Assembly (NCBI GenBank): GCA_050084515.1
Contig: CM114271.1
Location: 23,622,001 to 23,686,000 of the forward strand
Length of the DNA stretch: 64,000 bases
Source of the DNA: Blasia pusilla
Taxonomy: Eukaryota
Direction of reading: 5' to 3'
Each line of letters begins with the position of its first letter. The stretch's first letter is position 1. The position numbers and the translations under genes are program-made. Below, one piece after another: positions 1 through 13,739 of this stretch. Under the pieces are notes generated by a model, which made no database searches, was not told the DNA's origin, and saw only the letters and a list, made by a program, of their open reading frames with translations.

Positions 1-3000
1 TGCTTCGTATGGTCATGGATGGATCCATGGATAGCAGGATGGTCCTACGCCAGCTCACCCGGGATTCCACTCCTGAACTGGGTCGAAAGCATCAGGACCG
101 GCCTGCAACAGAACGACCGGGAAACCGGCCGAGATTCTACCGGCACGGTCGCGCAATCCACCGACCGGCGTAACGTCAACCTCCGTAGCTAGTCACGGCA
201 CCCGCGAGCCGACTGATGGTGGACTCGGATGCCCTAAAGAACGCACCCGGCAGGCGGCCGTCCAGCCAGGTGGCGCTGCGGCCGCCGAGCCGCCGGGCGC
301 CGCAAAAGTATCGCGTCCGACTTGTTTTGAACAGTTCGGGTCCCGGCTGCTCTCTTTCTTTCTGTTCGGGTGGCCATGCAAACGGCAAGAATCGCTAGCT
401 TCTCCGTCACCCTCCTATCCATACTAGTATTCGTAAATCCTACCACGATACCTTACTTTCCTCTCGGCGGAGAAGCGTAGCCTAACGCCGTAGAGCATAT
501 CCTCTCGGCACCCGTGTCGGGATTATGTCGCCGAGAAGTGGCTCTCTTCCCGGCATAGTGGCCTTCTCCTGTGCGAGTAGGTATCTGAAAGAACCTTCCG
601 ATTGTCCATATCCCGAACCGGGTTATAGAGGGTCGGAATGAGTTTCGGGAGGGGCCACATTGCTTTTAATGCGAGGCACGCCCCTTTGTTTCGCGATAAG
701 TGTGCACGATGGGACGCTCCACCGGAGAGGCTCCGCAACAGCGCCAGCAATTTTATAAATCATAAACTGAACAACGCCCTGGCCCACCGGATTAGCGGGT
801 CATTTCTAATCCGTGATGAGATAAAAAATAAATATAAGTAATTCAGTTACTCGTGATGGACCCCGGGGCATAATGGGAGACGGGTACTTCGGATGGCACA
901 TTGGGATTGTCACCTCTCAATTCAGCCATTGAGATTACCGTAGACACTGAGCCCGGTCAGGGCAGCGCAGCGCAGCGCAGGGCAGGGCAGCGACATGGAA
1001 ATATAATTGCCCGAGTAAATAAAATACGGTAAGTGATGGTCATATTTTCTAACATCCACTCCGCCGCATAATAGTCTAGGATCGTCGCTTCCACGCCACT
1101 CCATCACACTCGTGTACCAACTTGTGTGGCTACGCTCGTCCCCTGCGCTGCTATTAACGTTCCCTCGTCTTCTTTCTCTCTCTCTCTCTCTGAAAAAAGA
1201 AACGAACTGCCCTCCCACGTTTCTTACTACCTTCGCCGTCGCCACTCGCCAGCCCTCCAGCCAGTACCTGCGAGAACGAGAGAAACAGTCGTCTCATCCC
1301 ACTTTTGGCACACCCTCTAGCTAGTCTATTAACTGCATTATGAGATGGGGGTGCCTCGTCTCGCGTTGTGTCTTGCGTCGAACCCGTCGCAGACCCGACC
1401 GAGGCGCCCCAGGCGGGCACGCAGGCGAGGGAAGCCTCGGCCCTGCCTTCTTTATTAGCAATTGTACCCTACCTACCACAAGCCGGTCAGAAGCATCTCT
1501 CTGGTCTCGTTATGCAATCCGCATATGTCTCTGTTATCTTTACGCTCGCTCTTGAATGTGGACACACATGCAAGGAGGCTCGTTGGCTTATCGTCCTTGT
1601 ACTTGCCTGCGGTGCGACGCAGCATGACCCTTTCGCTCCCTCCCTCGCTTCCGCGTCTGTCAACAAAGCCATTCCCGCCAAACTTAGTCCCTCTCAGTAT
1701 ACCACTGACCACCGACTTCTGTTACAAAGCCGCCCTTGGGTCGGTTCGGCGTTTGACGCTTCTCCACGGCTGCATGGATCCACACTACCCTGGGGGAGCG
1801 GCTTCGCCTGCTTTTGGTGACACAACCGGTACGACCCGCGCTCGAGCTTGTCGAGACAGCCGTTCCGTCAGGGCATCCGCAACTTTAACGGAGAAAGGGA
1901 GAAGTACACCACCATCTCCTGAAATTCCCATCCATCTTTCATCCGACCACCATAATCTCCTTCGACGTACGCTCAGCCGACACGGTCCTCCACAGTAGCC
2001 AAATTTGGCACGCTTGATAAATTTGACTACGCTTCAGAACTTGTAGGGTAGTTGGCGGGTATTCGCGCTAAATTTGGCTTGCTATTTCCAAGGAGGAAAC
2101 CGACTCCGGCCACATTCATGGCGTCGGCTTGTCCACTTAGCGGCTCGGAGCCTCGGACTCGCGTTTTGGAGGCGTGAACGGCTGAATTTGGAGGTATTTA
2201 TACCCGTTGTCGGATCTGGCTGCCACGCTGCACCTCTCGAGCCTACAACTCAACTTACGCCTCGGTTGTAATTATGAAAACGACTGCACTGGTGTCTTTC
2301 TAGGCACTTCCCCGAAAGTACTTCCCGAGAGGTAAAGCGCTTCTTTCATCTAATGCTAACGAGGAGATGCTAATCCTTGTTGTTGTTAACTACCCGGTTA
2401 GCCCCCCATTGCAATCAGAACCAGACCGCAGACCATCATAGTCGTCCACATCATCCACACTATCTCTTCTCTTTTTTAGGAACCTAATGCCACTTAGGAT
2501 TAGGGTTGCAGAGAAGAGCGAGCAAGCCAAAGTGACAGGCGAACGGTACATGCAATTATCCCCGGCGGATTTGATTTTCTCCTCAGGGCTCAAGCAGAGG
2601 GTCAGAGGTTCCGCCTATCATCTTCCTGTATCCCCATTTTCTTTTAATTTCGCCACTATTACACGAGGAAAGAACTTTGTGGTGGTCTGTCCAAGCGCTT
2701 GGAACCTGTCAACGTGAAGCAGCCCGGAGAGAGATAGAGCTCAGTGGGGCCACGCGAACGGGTGGCCCCACTATGAATCTTCTTCGCATAATCTGCTGGT
2801 TTCGTGACGATCGCGTCCAGCGGCGTTCCGAGTTGGCCCGTCGCATTCGCGCCATACTCACTGTAGAATTGCATAGAGTCTAGAATGCTGCCAACCGAGG
2901 CCGCCGGAGTTGGAGACTCTCTCTCTCTCAGGGGAATGGCCCCTTCTTCCTTTTCTGGTCCTGTTGTGGCCTTCAGGTTTTGACTCTTTGAGTCCCCCTC

Positions 3001-6000
3001 TTTTGTACTTCCGATGGGTTTTCCATCACTCGTTTTTATCGAAGTGCATCTTCGCCTTCTCTCAGGCCCTCTAACGGGAGCGCTCCTTCGTCGTTCTCAT
3101 TAAAAGTAGGCCCTGTTCCACCATTTAAGAGTCCTGGGTTATGCAACGGTTACCAGTGATCTAGCTTTGTCCTGCCTATTGCCATGTCTCGACACTCCCA
3201 ACCCATGAGGACCATGAGTTTTGGACTGGCATTTCCTTCATGCTCGCATAGCTGGAACTTGGAAGCCATCGTCCGCTCTCGCGTGCGAACTAACAAAACT
3301 TCATTAATATTTGATTTGACAAAACCGCTAGTGCAGCCAAATCCCAGGAATTTCATCAGAGCGTTTGGCGGTGATGTTTGAGGTGTCCCTGCCGCTTAAA
3401 CCCCCGCTGAAGTTGAGATCATGACGAAGGAATGCTCGTGAACTTTCTCGCGGCTTCGATCTTCTTTCTGGTTTCGTGTCAAAACTAATTTTCCTCCCCG
3501 TCGAGTTTAACTAAAACCCAAAACCAGGGCCGCCTACTGGTTTTCCCTTCCGGTTGGAGCCAATGAACTTCACCCAAACGACTTTCCATCGTTTATGTTA
3601 TGGCTTCAACCTGTGTGATGCAACTCGACGGCTTCGCAGACATATCGACCGTTTACTGCACGTTTTGATACATCTTTGAACATGTCTGAGTGAAGCTCCA
3701 GAAAAGCCTCATTCATGGTTCCGATCGAGAGGGGATGCCCCTGGCACCATAGGGAAACCCATCTCCTTAGAATCCAAAGAGCATATTCGCAGCTATGTGA
3801 ATGGATGGCAGAACTTCGTGGTCGCTGATCCAAGCCCCGGTCTGAAGCGGACACTGGAGAAAGCCACCGATGGAGAATAATGGGCGACAAATTCTGCACT
3901 TGGCTTTTACTACCAATGTCAGGCAACCGGCTTCTTGCCAGGAAAATCCCACCTAGCAAATCTTGCAAGTAAAGCTTAACCCTTGTAAAACCGCGTAATG
4001 TGGGGGACGGACAGTCAAGAACTAGTAGCGAACGCAAATGGTCCTCATTCACGTGAAAACGGGCTACGCATGCATCCCACTAAGTCAGAAATTACGGTTC
4101 TTGAGAATCCCCTCGTCCTGTGAACTTCTTCGTTGGAGGTCTTTGTATGCGCCATGAGGCCCATGACATACGAATGCCGACGCGAGAGAAGATGATGTCA
4201 TTTCATTTCATTCCTAGCAGGATTCCTGAGAACATACTCTCGCTGCTTCACGTTGACAACTGCATCCTCATGCCTTCATTCTTTGAACAAGCAAGGGACA
4301 AAAAAGCTGCCGTAGAAAAACACAATCGTGAGGACCTTCTTCTTCCATCCAGTATAGCGAAACGGCAACGAATTCAACACTCTTGAAACCTTGTGACATC
4401 TCTGGCGGAACTTACATCTTCTATTCCCGTCCCGAGGATCTTTTCTTTAAAATCCTCTCTCGGAGAATAGTATCTCGATGCCCCTTCGTTTCATTTTATT
4501 TTACTCCTTTCCTTTCGTCTTCTTTTTTTATTTTACACTGCATGTATCGCACAATCATATTATATTTCTACTATTCCTAAAAATGGAAACTCCTTTCCAC
4601 TGTACTCAATCAAACCCTGCCAGTTATGAAAGCCTTCCATGGCCCCACAACCAACCCCGGCCAAGATACCCCCAACCACGGTTGAGACCTTTTGTTGCTA
4701 GACACTTTCTAGTGCTCTCTCTCCAGCCATGGTTGAAGAGGGGAGGGGCTTCTCTTTTCTTTTCTCATCCTCGAATCTTTCTTCATACATTTGCCGAGCC
4801 AGCAGTATGTACATATACCGACGTGCGAAGTGCGAAGGTCATGTATCGACGGGAGCATGATATGAAGTACGTTCTTCTCAAATTGTCGCGGCTACTCATT
4901 TTCGCCCCGACTAACCACATCCACAGAGGTCAATGAGAGAAGAGAGAGGAAAGCCCTGAGGATGGGATGGAATGGTGGGAGTTCTTGATCCAAAGTTTAG
5001 ACGGCCGCTTACTACGGCGTCGTAGGACAACGTCCCTGAGGGATATACTCCGCTTGAAGGAGGGAGCGTTTGGGGTGGTGATCTAAAGTCAATTATTGGC
5101 TTCGCTACTCTTCACTACTCTTTCGCGACTTCCATATGTGATCGGAAGGAGAGTACGAACCCTAAATGTTTAGCATTATCCTCGAGGTAGGAGAGCTAAT
5201 TCTGACGTTCACAAAAGCTGCCAGAGGTCGATCTTATGCAGCGAAGGATCGCAGTAGCCCTTTCCAACGCCCGGTTGCGCGGGTCTTTCATGCCATGCGC
5301 TCATCTGGTCCATCATTGTGAAGCGCTTTTCAAGAAATGGCGGAGATCAAAACTAGTTTACGATACGCATGTGGGATGTTTGAAGATATCCCAGAAATGT
5401 TGAATTTAGTTCATCAATGATGGGAGTCATAACTAATTCTTCCTGCCACGGCACCAACTTGGGGTGCATGGAAGCTTGTGTGTCCCACACACATGGTAAT
5501 CTAGTAGTTCATTCCGGTCCGGTATGTGGCTTCCATACCTGAATACATTCCAATTATTGAATATTGACATTCGAGGAATATTTCTCAAATGAGTGCAAGG
5601 ATGCAAAGGGAATCTTCACTTGTTTTCGATTCTTCTTTTCGTTACAGTGATGCCACTTTCTCACATCCCCGACGTGCCATGCATGACCGGAGGAATTGAC
5701 TTCCTTTGTCCTCGAAAGGAAAATCACGAGGATAAGAAGCGCTCTCGGACTCCGATTCCGCTCGACGATTTCCGTGACAACATTACGTCAGCAAGGTTAT
5801 CTTCGCAATGTACGCGTTCACGGTTTCTTTTTTATTTGTATATCTCTCGGTATCGCGACTCCGTTTCTCAACAGTGCTTCACTATATCTCCTCACCGCTG
5901 GCATACCCTCTTCGCTTCTCTTATCCTCAACAAACAAATTCAATCAATTCATTTCTTTTCTCTCTTTTAAACTTTAAAAAATCGATGCCAGCAGCTCCAC

Positions 6001-6739
6001 CGGAGAAAACCCCCATTACAACTGTCCACCTGTGCGAGGTGTCAATGGACTGCTGGACAATCCCAAAACCACTAGCGGAAAAAAAGAGCCCCGACCTCAT
6101 AACCAAGTAAACCTACCAGGCAAGACGTCAACGACAATACCGTCCTAGTGTGAACGTCAGTCATGGTGAGGGAGGTCGCTGGTCACAAACGGGTGCTGTT
6201 ATTAGGGCGTGTCACATCCACCCCGTATGCTTACCTGCTTCTCGTTTCGGCGAAAGCGACCGCACTATGAATTATTCTAAGGAAAAAAAATGATTTTCAG
6301 ATTGCGAATGAAATATCGATGTCTCCTTAACCTCCACAAAACAGGTTTCAATACGTGACCACGAGATCTAGTACGGTCGTGTGACCTTTCTTTTCGGGGG
6401 AGTATTCGATGGCTGAGTACTCGAGAAAGTTTTTTCTAAGTGAAAGTGAAGTAGTCACAAATTCATTGGACTCGTTTAATCTTTTCTGTTGAAAATTTCG
6501 GATTTCTTTTTTCTAATTCGGCAACTACCCAACATGAATGGAAATTTGTTAGAGAAACATATTAAAACAGTTATCATCTATTCTGGTGCACCTAAAAAAC
6601 TTTTTATAGTTAAACAATCTACTTCATGGATTAGATTTTGTCGGCTAGTGACTTTTGCACCCAAACAAAGATCACGCATTCTATCTCAATTTAGGTTAGT
6701 TTTTCATGGGTGGATGCTAGTTATTATGCCCGTGTTTAC

Positions 6740-8590
6740 CCAAAACGGGTTGCAAGGACAAAGTTGACCAACGTGCAACCTCTCGGAACCAAACCGGTTG
6801 CACGGGTGGGGGGTACGGACCGAGAACCATGTGAACCCGACGAACTCCGACGGTTTGCACGAGGATCACGCATCGTAAAGGGACAGCATCGCCGTGCAAC
6901 CTGTCGGATTTTGACAGCTTGCAAGGATGAAGGTGGCCAACGACCGCGTGCAAATTGTCGCATTCGGACGGGTTGCACTCATTGTTGGTATTTCTCGAGA
7001 ACCCCATGCAAACCGTCGGACTTTGCTGGGTTGCACAAGGGTCGCGATTAGACAGGGCCCTCCTTGAGGTCGGCATGGAACATGACGAGGGGTTGCGACA
7101 CGGACACCCTACCCACTTGTTCGCGTGCAACCCATCAGATTACAACCTGACGGAATCCCACGGGTTGCAAAGAGACAGATGCCTCGGGTTTGCAACCATA
7201 CAGATTTTGACGGTTTGCAACTTGTCAGAGTTTGAAGATTTGCAAGTAGACGGATTTCAAGGGTTTGTCGGACTCCGACGGATTGCAACTAGTCGAAATT
7301 CGACGGGTTGAACTAATCTCGTGAATGGCCAAACTAGGCAATCCAGACAGTGTCATAACAATTCAACATGTTCAATCCCAATGGTGATTTATTTGTAATG
7401 CACTTTCCTTAGTCCAAACAGGGACAAACAATCTCACCTACCAACCAACACCTTGTCATACGATTTATGTCATAAGTTTAATGGTCACTATTCACTATAA
7501 ATTGAACATTCTCATTCTCACTCTCATTGTAATTCTTATTCTCCTACGGATGGAATCATCCCTACTGTCATCTCCAAATGGATAATTATGTGAAGCTCAC
7601 GAGTGGCAGTCATCTAGCGGCCCTTCCTCAATCCAAAATAATTTTGATCGCAAGCTTGTGACTCTTATGTACTAGTGGATGAAAATTTCCTCTCACTCTA
7701 ATTTCTTCTCCAAATTGGAACAATCTTCATTTTGGACTTGCAAGCCGTCGGAATCGGACGGGTTGCAAGTAGGAGACGATCCACGGAATACCTCCATGAT
7801 TTGGCCCATTGCTGTAGGTACCAATTGCACTTAGGAGGAAATGGAAAATCTTACAAGTGTCGGTTTGAGACTCGTAGATAGAGGGAGTTCATAACATGTT
7901 TGCATTACAGAGACCTTCGCATTTCGGATCCAACCTAAGATTGATGTCAACATGTATTTGAAGAAGGTGGATGATCTCAATCCACAATTTATGTTCGAGT
8001 CAAGAAATGGGGTGAAGAGAAACACAATGTGTAGGCCAACCGTGGAGAGAGCAAAGCGAATCGCATCAGCTCGAGAGGCCAACATGGAAATCATCGTCAT
8101 AAAAGACGTTCATAGTGGGAACGGAATAGGAAGGATGTATTGGGTCAGAAACAACATTGTAAATTCAAGTGTCATAGGGGTGTATGTTGTACATATCTGT
8201 TGCTTTCCCACATGTTCCTCTTATGACTTTAACCAAAGAGAGACAAGCGGGAAAAATGTATTTCCCTTGTAAGCATATGTACTATGTGTTGCTTGTAATT
8301 CTAAGAGAGTGGAGATGGGAGCAGGAATCCACCAACCAATTTTGTCCCTCAAAGAACTACGAAGTATCCTGAACAAACCACTCTGAGGATGCAACATGAG
8401 GTCTTAGAGTGTACGTTGAAATGCCAGAATGTTCACTATGAGCTTGAACTCCAATCAGCTAAGGCAAAATGATATCTTTTTCAGACCTAGGATGAAAAAA
8501 GTGATTTGATCCACAATTGTGATTCCAATGATTTTTCAGTTTGTTTAATTGTGTGTAAGTTGCAACCCGTCGGATTCAAACGGGTTGCCA
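6740..8590. repeat. Cluster of dispersed CGGGTTGCA/TGCAACCCG-like motifs in both orientations; probable subterminal repeats of a decayed DNA transposon
   Basis: More than a dozen exact or near-exact GGGTTGCA/TGCAACC motifs in 6745-7310, plus copies at ~7760 and 8560-8590 that bracket a SWIM fragment. No TIR or TSD identified. Confidence 0.5.
7952..8320 (+). pseudogene. SWIM zinc-finger domain fragment, frameshifted and probably transposon-derived
   Basis: ORF 7952..8272 ends in YVVHICCFPTCSSYDF. The overlapping frame (8184..8372) gives PCKHMYYVLLVIL. Together they match SWIM Y-x-V-x-I...C-x-C-x-D-F...C-K-H, with one Cys changed to Ser. Confidence 0.55.
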
Positions 8591-8999
8591 AAATGGGGAA
8601 GAGGAAAAACCAATTTGTGGGAGTGACTAAATTAAAAAATATGTTCACAAAATAAATTCCTCTCGTCAACCCAACCGAAACTCTCTTCAAATCATAGGAA
8701 ACTATCTTAAAAAAATGTATATCTCTTCCTATCCTCTTACCGCGCCTCTTTATTTTTTGGCGATGGTTCGTTCTACTTGTGCTTCTTGTTATGGATTTTT
8801 CATTATCAAATACGTCTTACGGACAAGTTCTCTATTGTGGTTTGTTGCAGTACCTTCTCCTCGGTCCTTCCAACTTGAGGCATTTTAGGTTTGTAGGCAC
8901 TTTCGGATAACATCTATATTTGATACAAATCCCAATAATAGCATGTACTTATCTACCTATTAATACCGAGCTAATCCTTGCCTTGATGGGGAAGAAACC

Positions 9000-10340
9000 A
9001 TCCCAAGATTGTACTTATGATTTTCTTCATCATTAAAAAATATTCCATCTCAAAATCTAGGTATAATTTTTCTTTTTTAAAATCTTCAAAGAATACTAAC
9101 ATTTCATTTTAAAATAAAACTCAATTCCTTCAAATAAGTTCACTCCTTCATAAAAGTTTGAATGATATCTACTCTTCCCCTTCCACTCTTCCCATCCGAA
9201 TAAAATTGAGTTTTTTATTTTTTATTATAATTAATTAAAGAATCTTCCTTTCCCAAAATATCAAATGTGAATGAATATTTTTAAAAGTAGTAATATTTTC
9301 ATTTGAAAATTAAACTATAATTTCTACTTTATGAAACATTAGGAGAGTAGCAACATTCCACTCTTCTAAGTAATTCCATTCCTCAATTAACATTTACATA
9401 TATCCCATTCTCCCAAATAATTCATCCCTTCCATAAAATTTGAATAAAATCTACTCTCCATTAAAATTTATTTTCCCTTCCCATTAAATCGAACTTGAAG
9501 GAATATATTTTAATAATTTTTCGTATCTTTCTAATCATTCCAACAAATAATTATAATTATAATTATAATATAATTTAGTTGATTAATTTTTTAGAAAAAA
9601 AAAATTTCCTCTCCCACTCAAATTCATCCTCTCTACCCATCTAATATGACTCTAATGAACAAACCTTAAACATGTTGTTATTTTATCTTATTATTACACT
9701 ATTGTATATTGATTGTCATCCATTATAACATAGACTAGTTAGCATACTTATGCTTGCTATATTTTAGAAATTATTTTCATTTCAAAATTTAAGTACGATT
9801 TCCATTTTAAAGAAAAATCTTAAAGCAGCAATGACATTTCACTTTTAAAAAATCTTAAAAGAGTAATGAAATTTCACTTTTCTTTCCCAAAATATGAAAT
9901 GTGGATAATCATGATTATTTCAAATTTAAATATAATATATATTTTCTTCAATCTTAGAAGAGTAATAATATTCCACTCTTCTGAGTAATTCTATTCCTCA
10001 ATTAAAACTTAAATGATATCCCAATCCCCTAAATAATTTTACTCTCCCATAAAATTTAAACCATATCTACTTCTTCTCCTTGAAATTTTATTTTCCATTC
10101 ACCAAAAATATAAATTAAGAGAAAAACAATAAATTTTTTAACAATATTTTTTATTATACACTTACAATCATTCCTTATAATATACATTAATACAAATATT
10201 TTCCTCTTCTAGTCAGATGCATTCTTTCTGCCCATCTAATCTGATTCAAAGAACAAGCTTTAAATGTGTTATTCTATCTTATTATCCCACTATTTTGTTT
10301 TATTGGATATATGGAGTCGCCCATTATAAAATAGATTAGA
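9000..10340 (-). repeat. AT-rich dispersed repeat with an internal tandem duplication; inverted homologue of the Helitron-like element at 38750-39634
   Basis: 9970-10100 (ttaaatgatatcccaatcccctaaataatttt...) matches the reverse complement of 39050-39180. ~9300-9750 is repeated at ~9900-10340. Boundaries approximate. Confidence 0.65.
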
Positions 10341-10359
10341 ATAAGTGTGCCTCATTCTA

Positions 10360-11030
10360 GCAAGCATGAAAAGAAAATTAAAGCTAAATCATACGGGGCA
10401 TGACTAAGAGTCTTGTTGACATACTGTAACCATGATAGGCTAAAACCTATCAAGCGTTTTTTAATTGTGTCTACAAAAATCACTTTTTTGGAGGTAAGAA
10501 TATACTTCCCCCGTTCTTCTAGTGGCATGGTTCTCTGAAAGAGATCACCTTGCCAAGAATGCAATGGTAACCATAGGTTACGTTGGCAAGGTCAAGCCCT
10601 TCCACTATATCGAAGCATAAATTGATGTTAGTAAATCGGGCTCTTTCCCATAGATTAAGAAATCTTGTGAAAATGCCTAGGATATCTCTTGATTGAAGAA
10701 TTTTCCCATACCCAATAATAGAATTTGTGGATCCCAAGTATCATGTGTGCAATCCATACTCGCACAATTCCGTCTTCATCGACTAGATAATTCTCTTTAC
10801 CAAACCATCTGCCTTAGGATGATCTTGCGAAGGTGTACGATGATCTATCATCACTTGATGACATAAGGCAAGAAAATTACCTTTGAACTTAGTATCTTGG
10901 TCTTTCATCACCTCTACTAGTGCACAAAGATTCAACATTTGATCGAAGAGTGTGTAAGACACTTCCTCGTTTGATCTGTCTAAACAAATTTACCAATTAT
11001 AACTAAATCCACTTGGAGAAGTGTACAAGG
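10360..11030 (-). mobile_element. Old degenerate integrase fragment related to the DNMT/PHD retrotransposon family
   Basis: The minus strand translates as FKGNFLALCHQVMIDHRTPSQDHPKADGLVKRII and GDLFQRTMPL. These align with EFRSEFQPLCD.ALIDHRTTSRDHLEADGLAERVV and ELFRRVMPM of copy 1. Confidence 0.7.
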
Positions 11031-12665
11031 AGAAAGGTTAGAGAAAATTGTTAAAACATGAAAGATTCCTTATCACATCAAACCAATGTTACTATTGGAA
11101 TCCCATGAGTTGCATCGGGTCTCTCCTTGTATTTCTATTTTCTGATCCATGCATTGATTTGACTGAACGACTAGCTTGTGCTCTATATAAACTAGTTGAA
11201 AAGGATACAAATGATATAGGTGGTGGAAAATTGCTTGAAAAGGGTTGCACTTATTTGAATTCTGGTAGTTAGAAAAGGAAAAAGAAAATTAATAGAAAAG
11301 AAGGTGAAGATATGTGAAGTAGAGGATGGACTCTATAACCTGTATTATTTACAGATATAAGTTCTTATGATGTTTTTAGACTTTAAATTCCTTGAAATTC
11401 AACAAATACCCTTAATCTTTGGAAGGTGATTTATGTTGAAGCAAGAAGAAGAGATTCACTATGATTACCGAGAAGAGCTTGTTACTTTAGAGAGAGAAAG
11501 GGATTCAATACCATTGAGAATATTAAACAAAATGGCTTGAAAATGCCATCAAATTTGGTTTGAAATGCTTTGGTCCTAATTGAGAAAATAGAAATGTATA
11601 TGCCATAAGTATAGATTTTTTTGGTGATTAATTTTGTGCAAATATTTTCATTATGAAAATATTCAGATTTTATTTATGATGAATTCAAAAGAAATGTCTT
11701 GTATAAAAAAATTGATTGTGCATGCTTATGTTATGGATACAAAGATGATTGAAGAAATGATTAATCATACATTACCACTACTACCAAGAAATATACTAGT
11801 TTGGCATAAACGGTGAAAGGACAAAAGAATTGGAATAAGGTATATGAGATCAAATTTTGGGCAAGCTCTTAATCTTTTTGGTCCAGGGCTCGGTCTTTTC
11901 GAGCGTTTTCACGCTCATTGTCATATATTTTATAACCGAAAATACCCGCCCCGCCTACAATGACAGCAATAGACCTTACTAAATCAAGGTATCCTACCTT
12001 GATTTAGTAAGGTCGGTCTAGTTGGTTTTGATCGCCGCATACACTTTTTTTTGCCATTTTTTAGCCTATTGCTAAGGGAATCGTTCCGCGATAAGATGAT
12101 CTCGTTTTCATGGTTGACAAGGACCGAAAGAGTCTCCGATTCGCCAGGCATTTTGCTGTGTGTCATATGACGAGCTTCTTAACCGCCTAAAACTACGCTT
12201 GGGAAATCCTTCTCTATACAAGTTCTCATACAAGGTGAAAGATGGTTTTGTAATGGCTGATTATCCCTATTAATTCGGGCCATTTCCCAAGCGTCTTGGG
12301 CTTGCTGGTGTTGTCCCCGGTTCATAGTTGCCAACCCCTGGGTACCTAATATGAGAGCAAGACCAGTCCCTGCGACTAATGATGAGCTATGTCGTATCCT
12401 GTTCGCATTTCCAATAAGCTTTGGCTAGGCCTCACTGGTTCTGTAAGGTAATTAAGTCAAACCTACCTAGCACCCCCTCGAAAGATTTGCAATTTTTGTT
12501 CTATATTTACGTGGCCATCCCTAAACTTGAAATTGAAAATGAAGGTTCTCCTATGGTACTATGATGGATGGAAAAAAGAAGGTTCTTTTCCCCAAAAAAA
12601 TTCAATTATATGTACTATAATATTATTAGTGACATTATTAGGAAGAGTTGGATTTTGGGAGGATT

Positions 12666-13662
12666 TTTTGTGACTCTCATAGCCAAACGTGCGCCGATGC
12701 GAAACCTCATAACTTTACTAGGCTCACACTAGGATGAATGCACATTGGAGAATTCTAGTGAATAAGACACGAGATTTGAGATCTGAGCAAGGTTAAACAT
12801 TTCAAGTGGTAATGGTAATAACCGAGTAAAGCAAGACCAAACGTGAAGTAAGACTTGAGAAGCGCTCAAGTCCCATGAGAGTTGGGCGCCTATGGGATTT
12901 GGAAGTTGACTAGTGTTTGAGGTTTTTTTTATGTTGAAGGTAATAACGACCCGACCCAAGGTATGGGTTGGGATGAATAAGGGGGCATTGGAAAGCTTAT
13001 GCAAAGATGATGCCAACGTATGAAAAATCCAAATAAATGCATGAAGAGAGATTGAGAATATGCCCCTAAACTATCAAATTGGTAGTTGGGTTGAGGGCCA
13101 AAAGGAGCGGCCCAAGAGGACTTTCCCAAACTTGGGAAGGGGATGGAAATCTCTAAAACTGTATATAAGGGGGGAGGATCTCTAAGGGATGCTTGGAACC
13201 TAGACCCTACTTTGAGGAGACGTGGGGCAAACCAAGGGCATGGAATGGATCAAGAAATTGGCTTTGAGGTATGAACACCAAGCCAAGTCCAAGGGAGAAA
13301 ATGATGGATATTAACCTTGGACCTCAACCCATGATTCATATCTCGGGTCTCGGTTAGAGACTCGTTTGGGATTCATTTTCAGTTAGAACCACGAAGTGCG
13401 CAAGCGCCATTTAGGTATCTCGACTATCTACAAAGTTTGTCAGAGGTCCATAAAGACTTGCCTATGTTGGAAGTGAGAGGTTAAGAATTGTTGAGCTTGA
13501 TGGATAGCGTAGTGAGGCACTTAAGAAGATGTCAGGCTGATAGAGTCAAACCGAGACTAATGTTAGTGTGTTTGGGTGTAAATCAATATTATGAGCGTGA
13601 CCTACTGAAGACAAGCTTCTACACATCACGAGATCGATGTTTGATGAAGTAGGCGCACCACA
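12666..13662. mobile_element. Diverged solo LTR (~1 kb), same family as the solo LTR at 28572-29573 but in the opposite orientation
   Basis: Colinear matches to the reverse complement of 28572-29573 at both ends and internally (gaccaaacg..agacttga, gggttga.ggcc, gcttggaacc, gacctactgaa). Ends in CA. Flanks GGATT/TGATT form a 5-bp TSD with one mismatch. Confidence 0.75.
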
Positions 13663-13739
13663 TGATTCTTCTACATTATTTCATAAATGGAATGGTTTCA
13701 CTTTGACATATGAAGTTAATAAATACAAGAAAGGAAGTA

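Noticed and set aside
1-6400. Multiple 60-180 aa ORFs suggesting a host gene or pseudogene
   Set aside because: No recognisable domain or consistent exon chain by eye. BLASTX or RNA-seq would be needed to exclude a gene.
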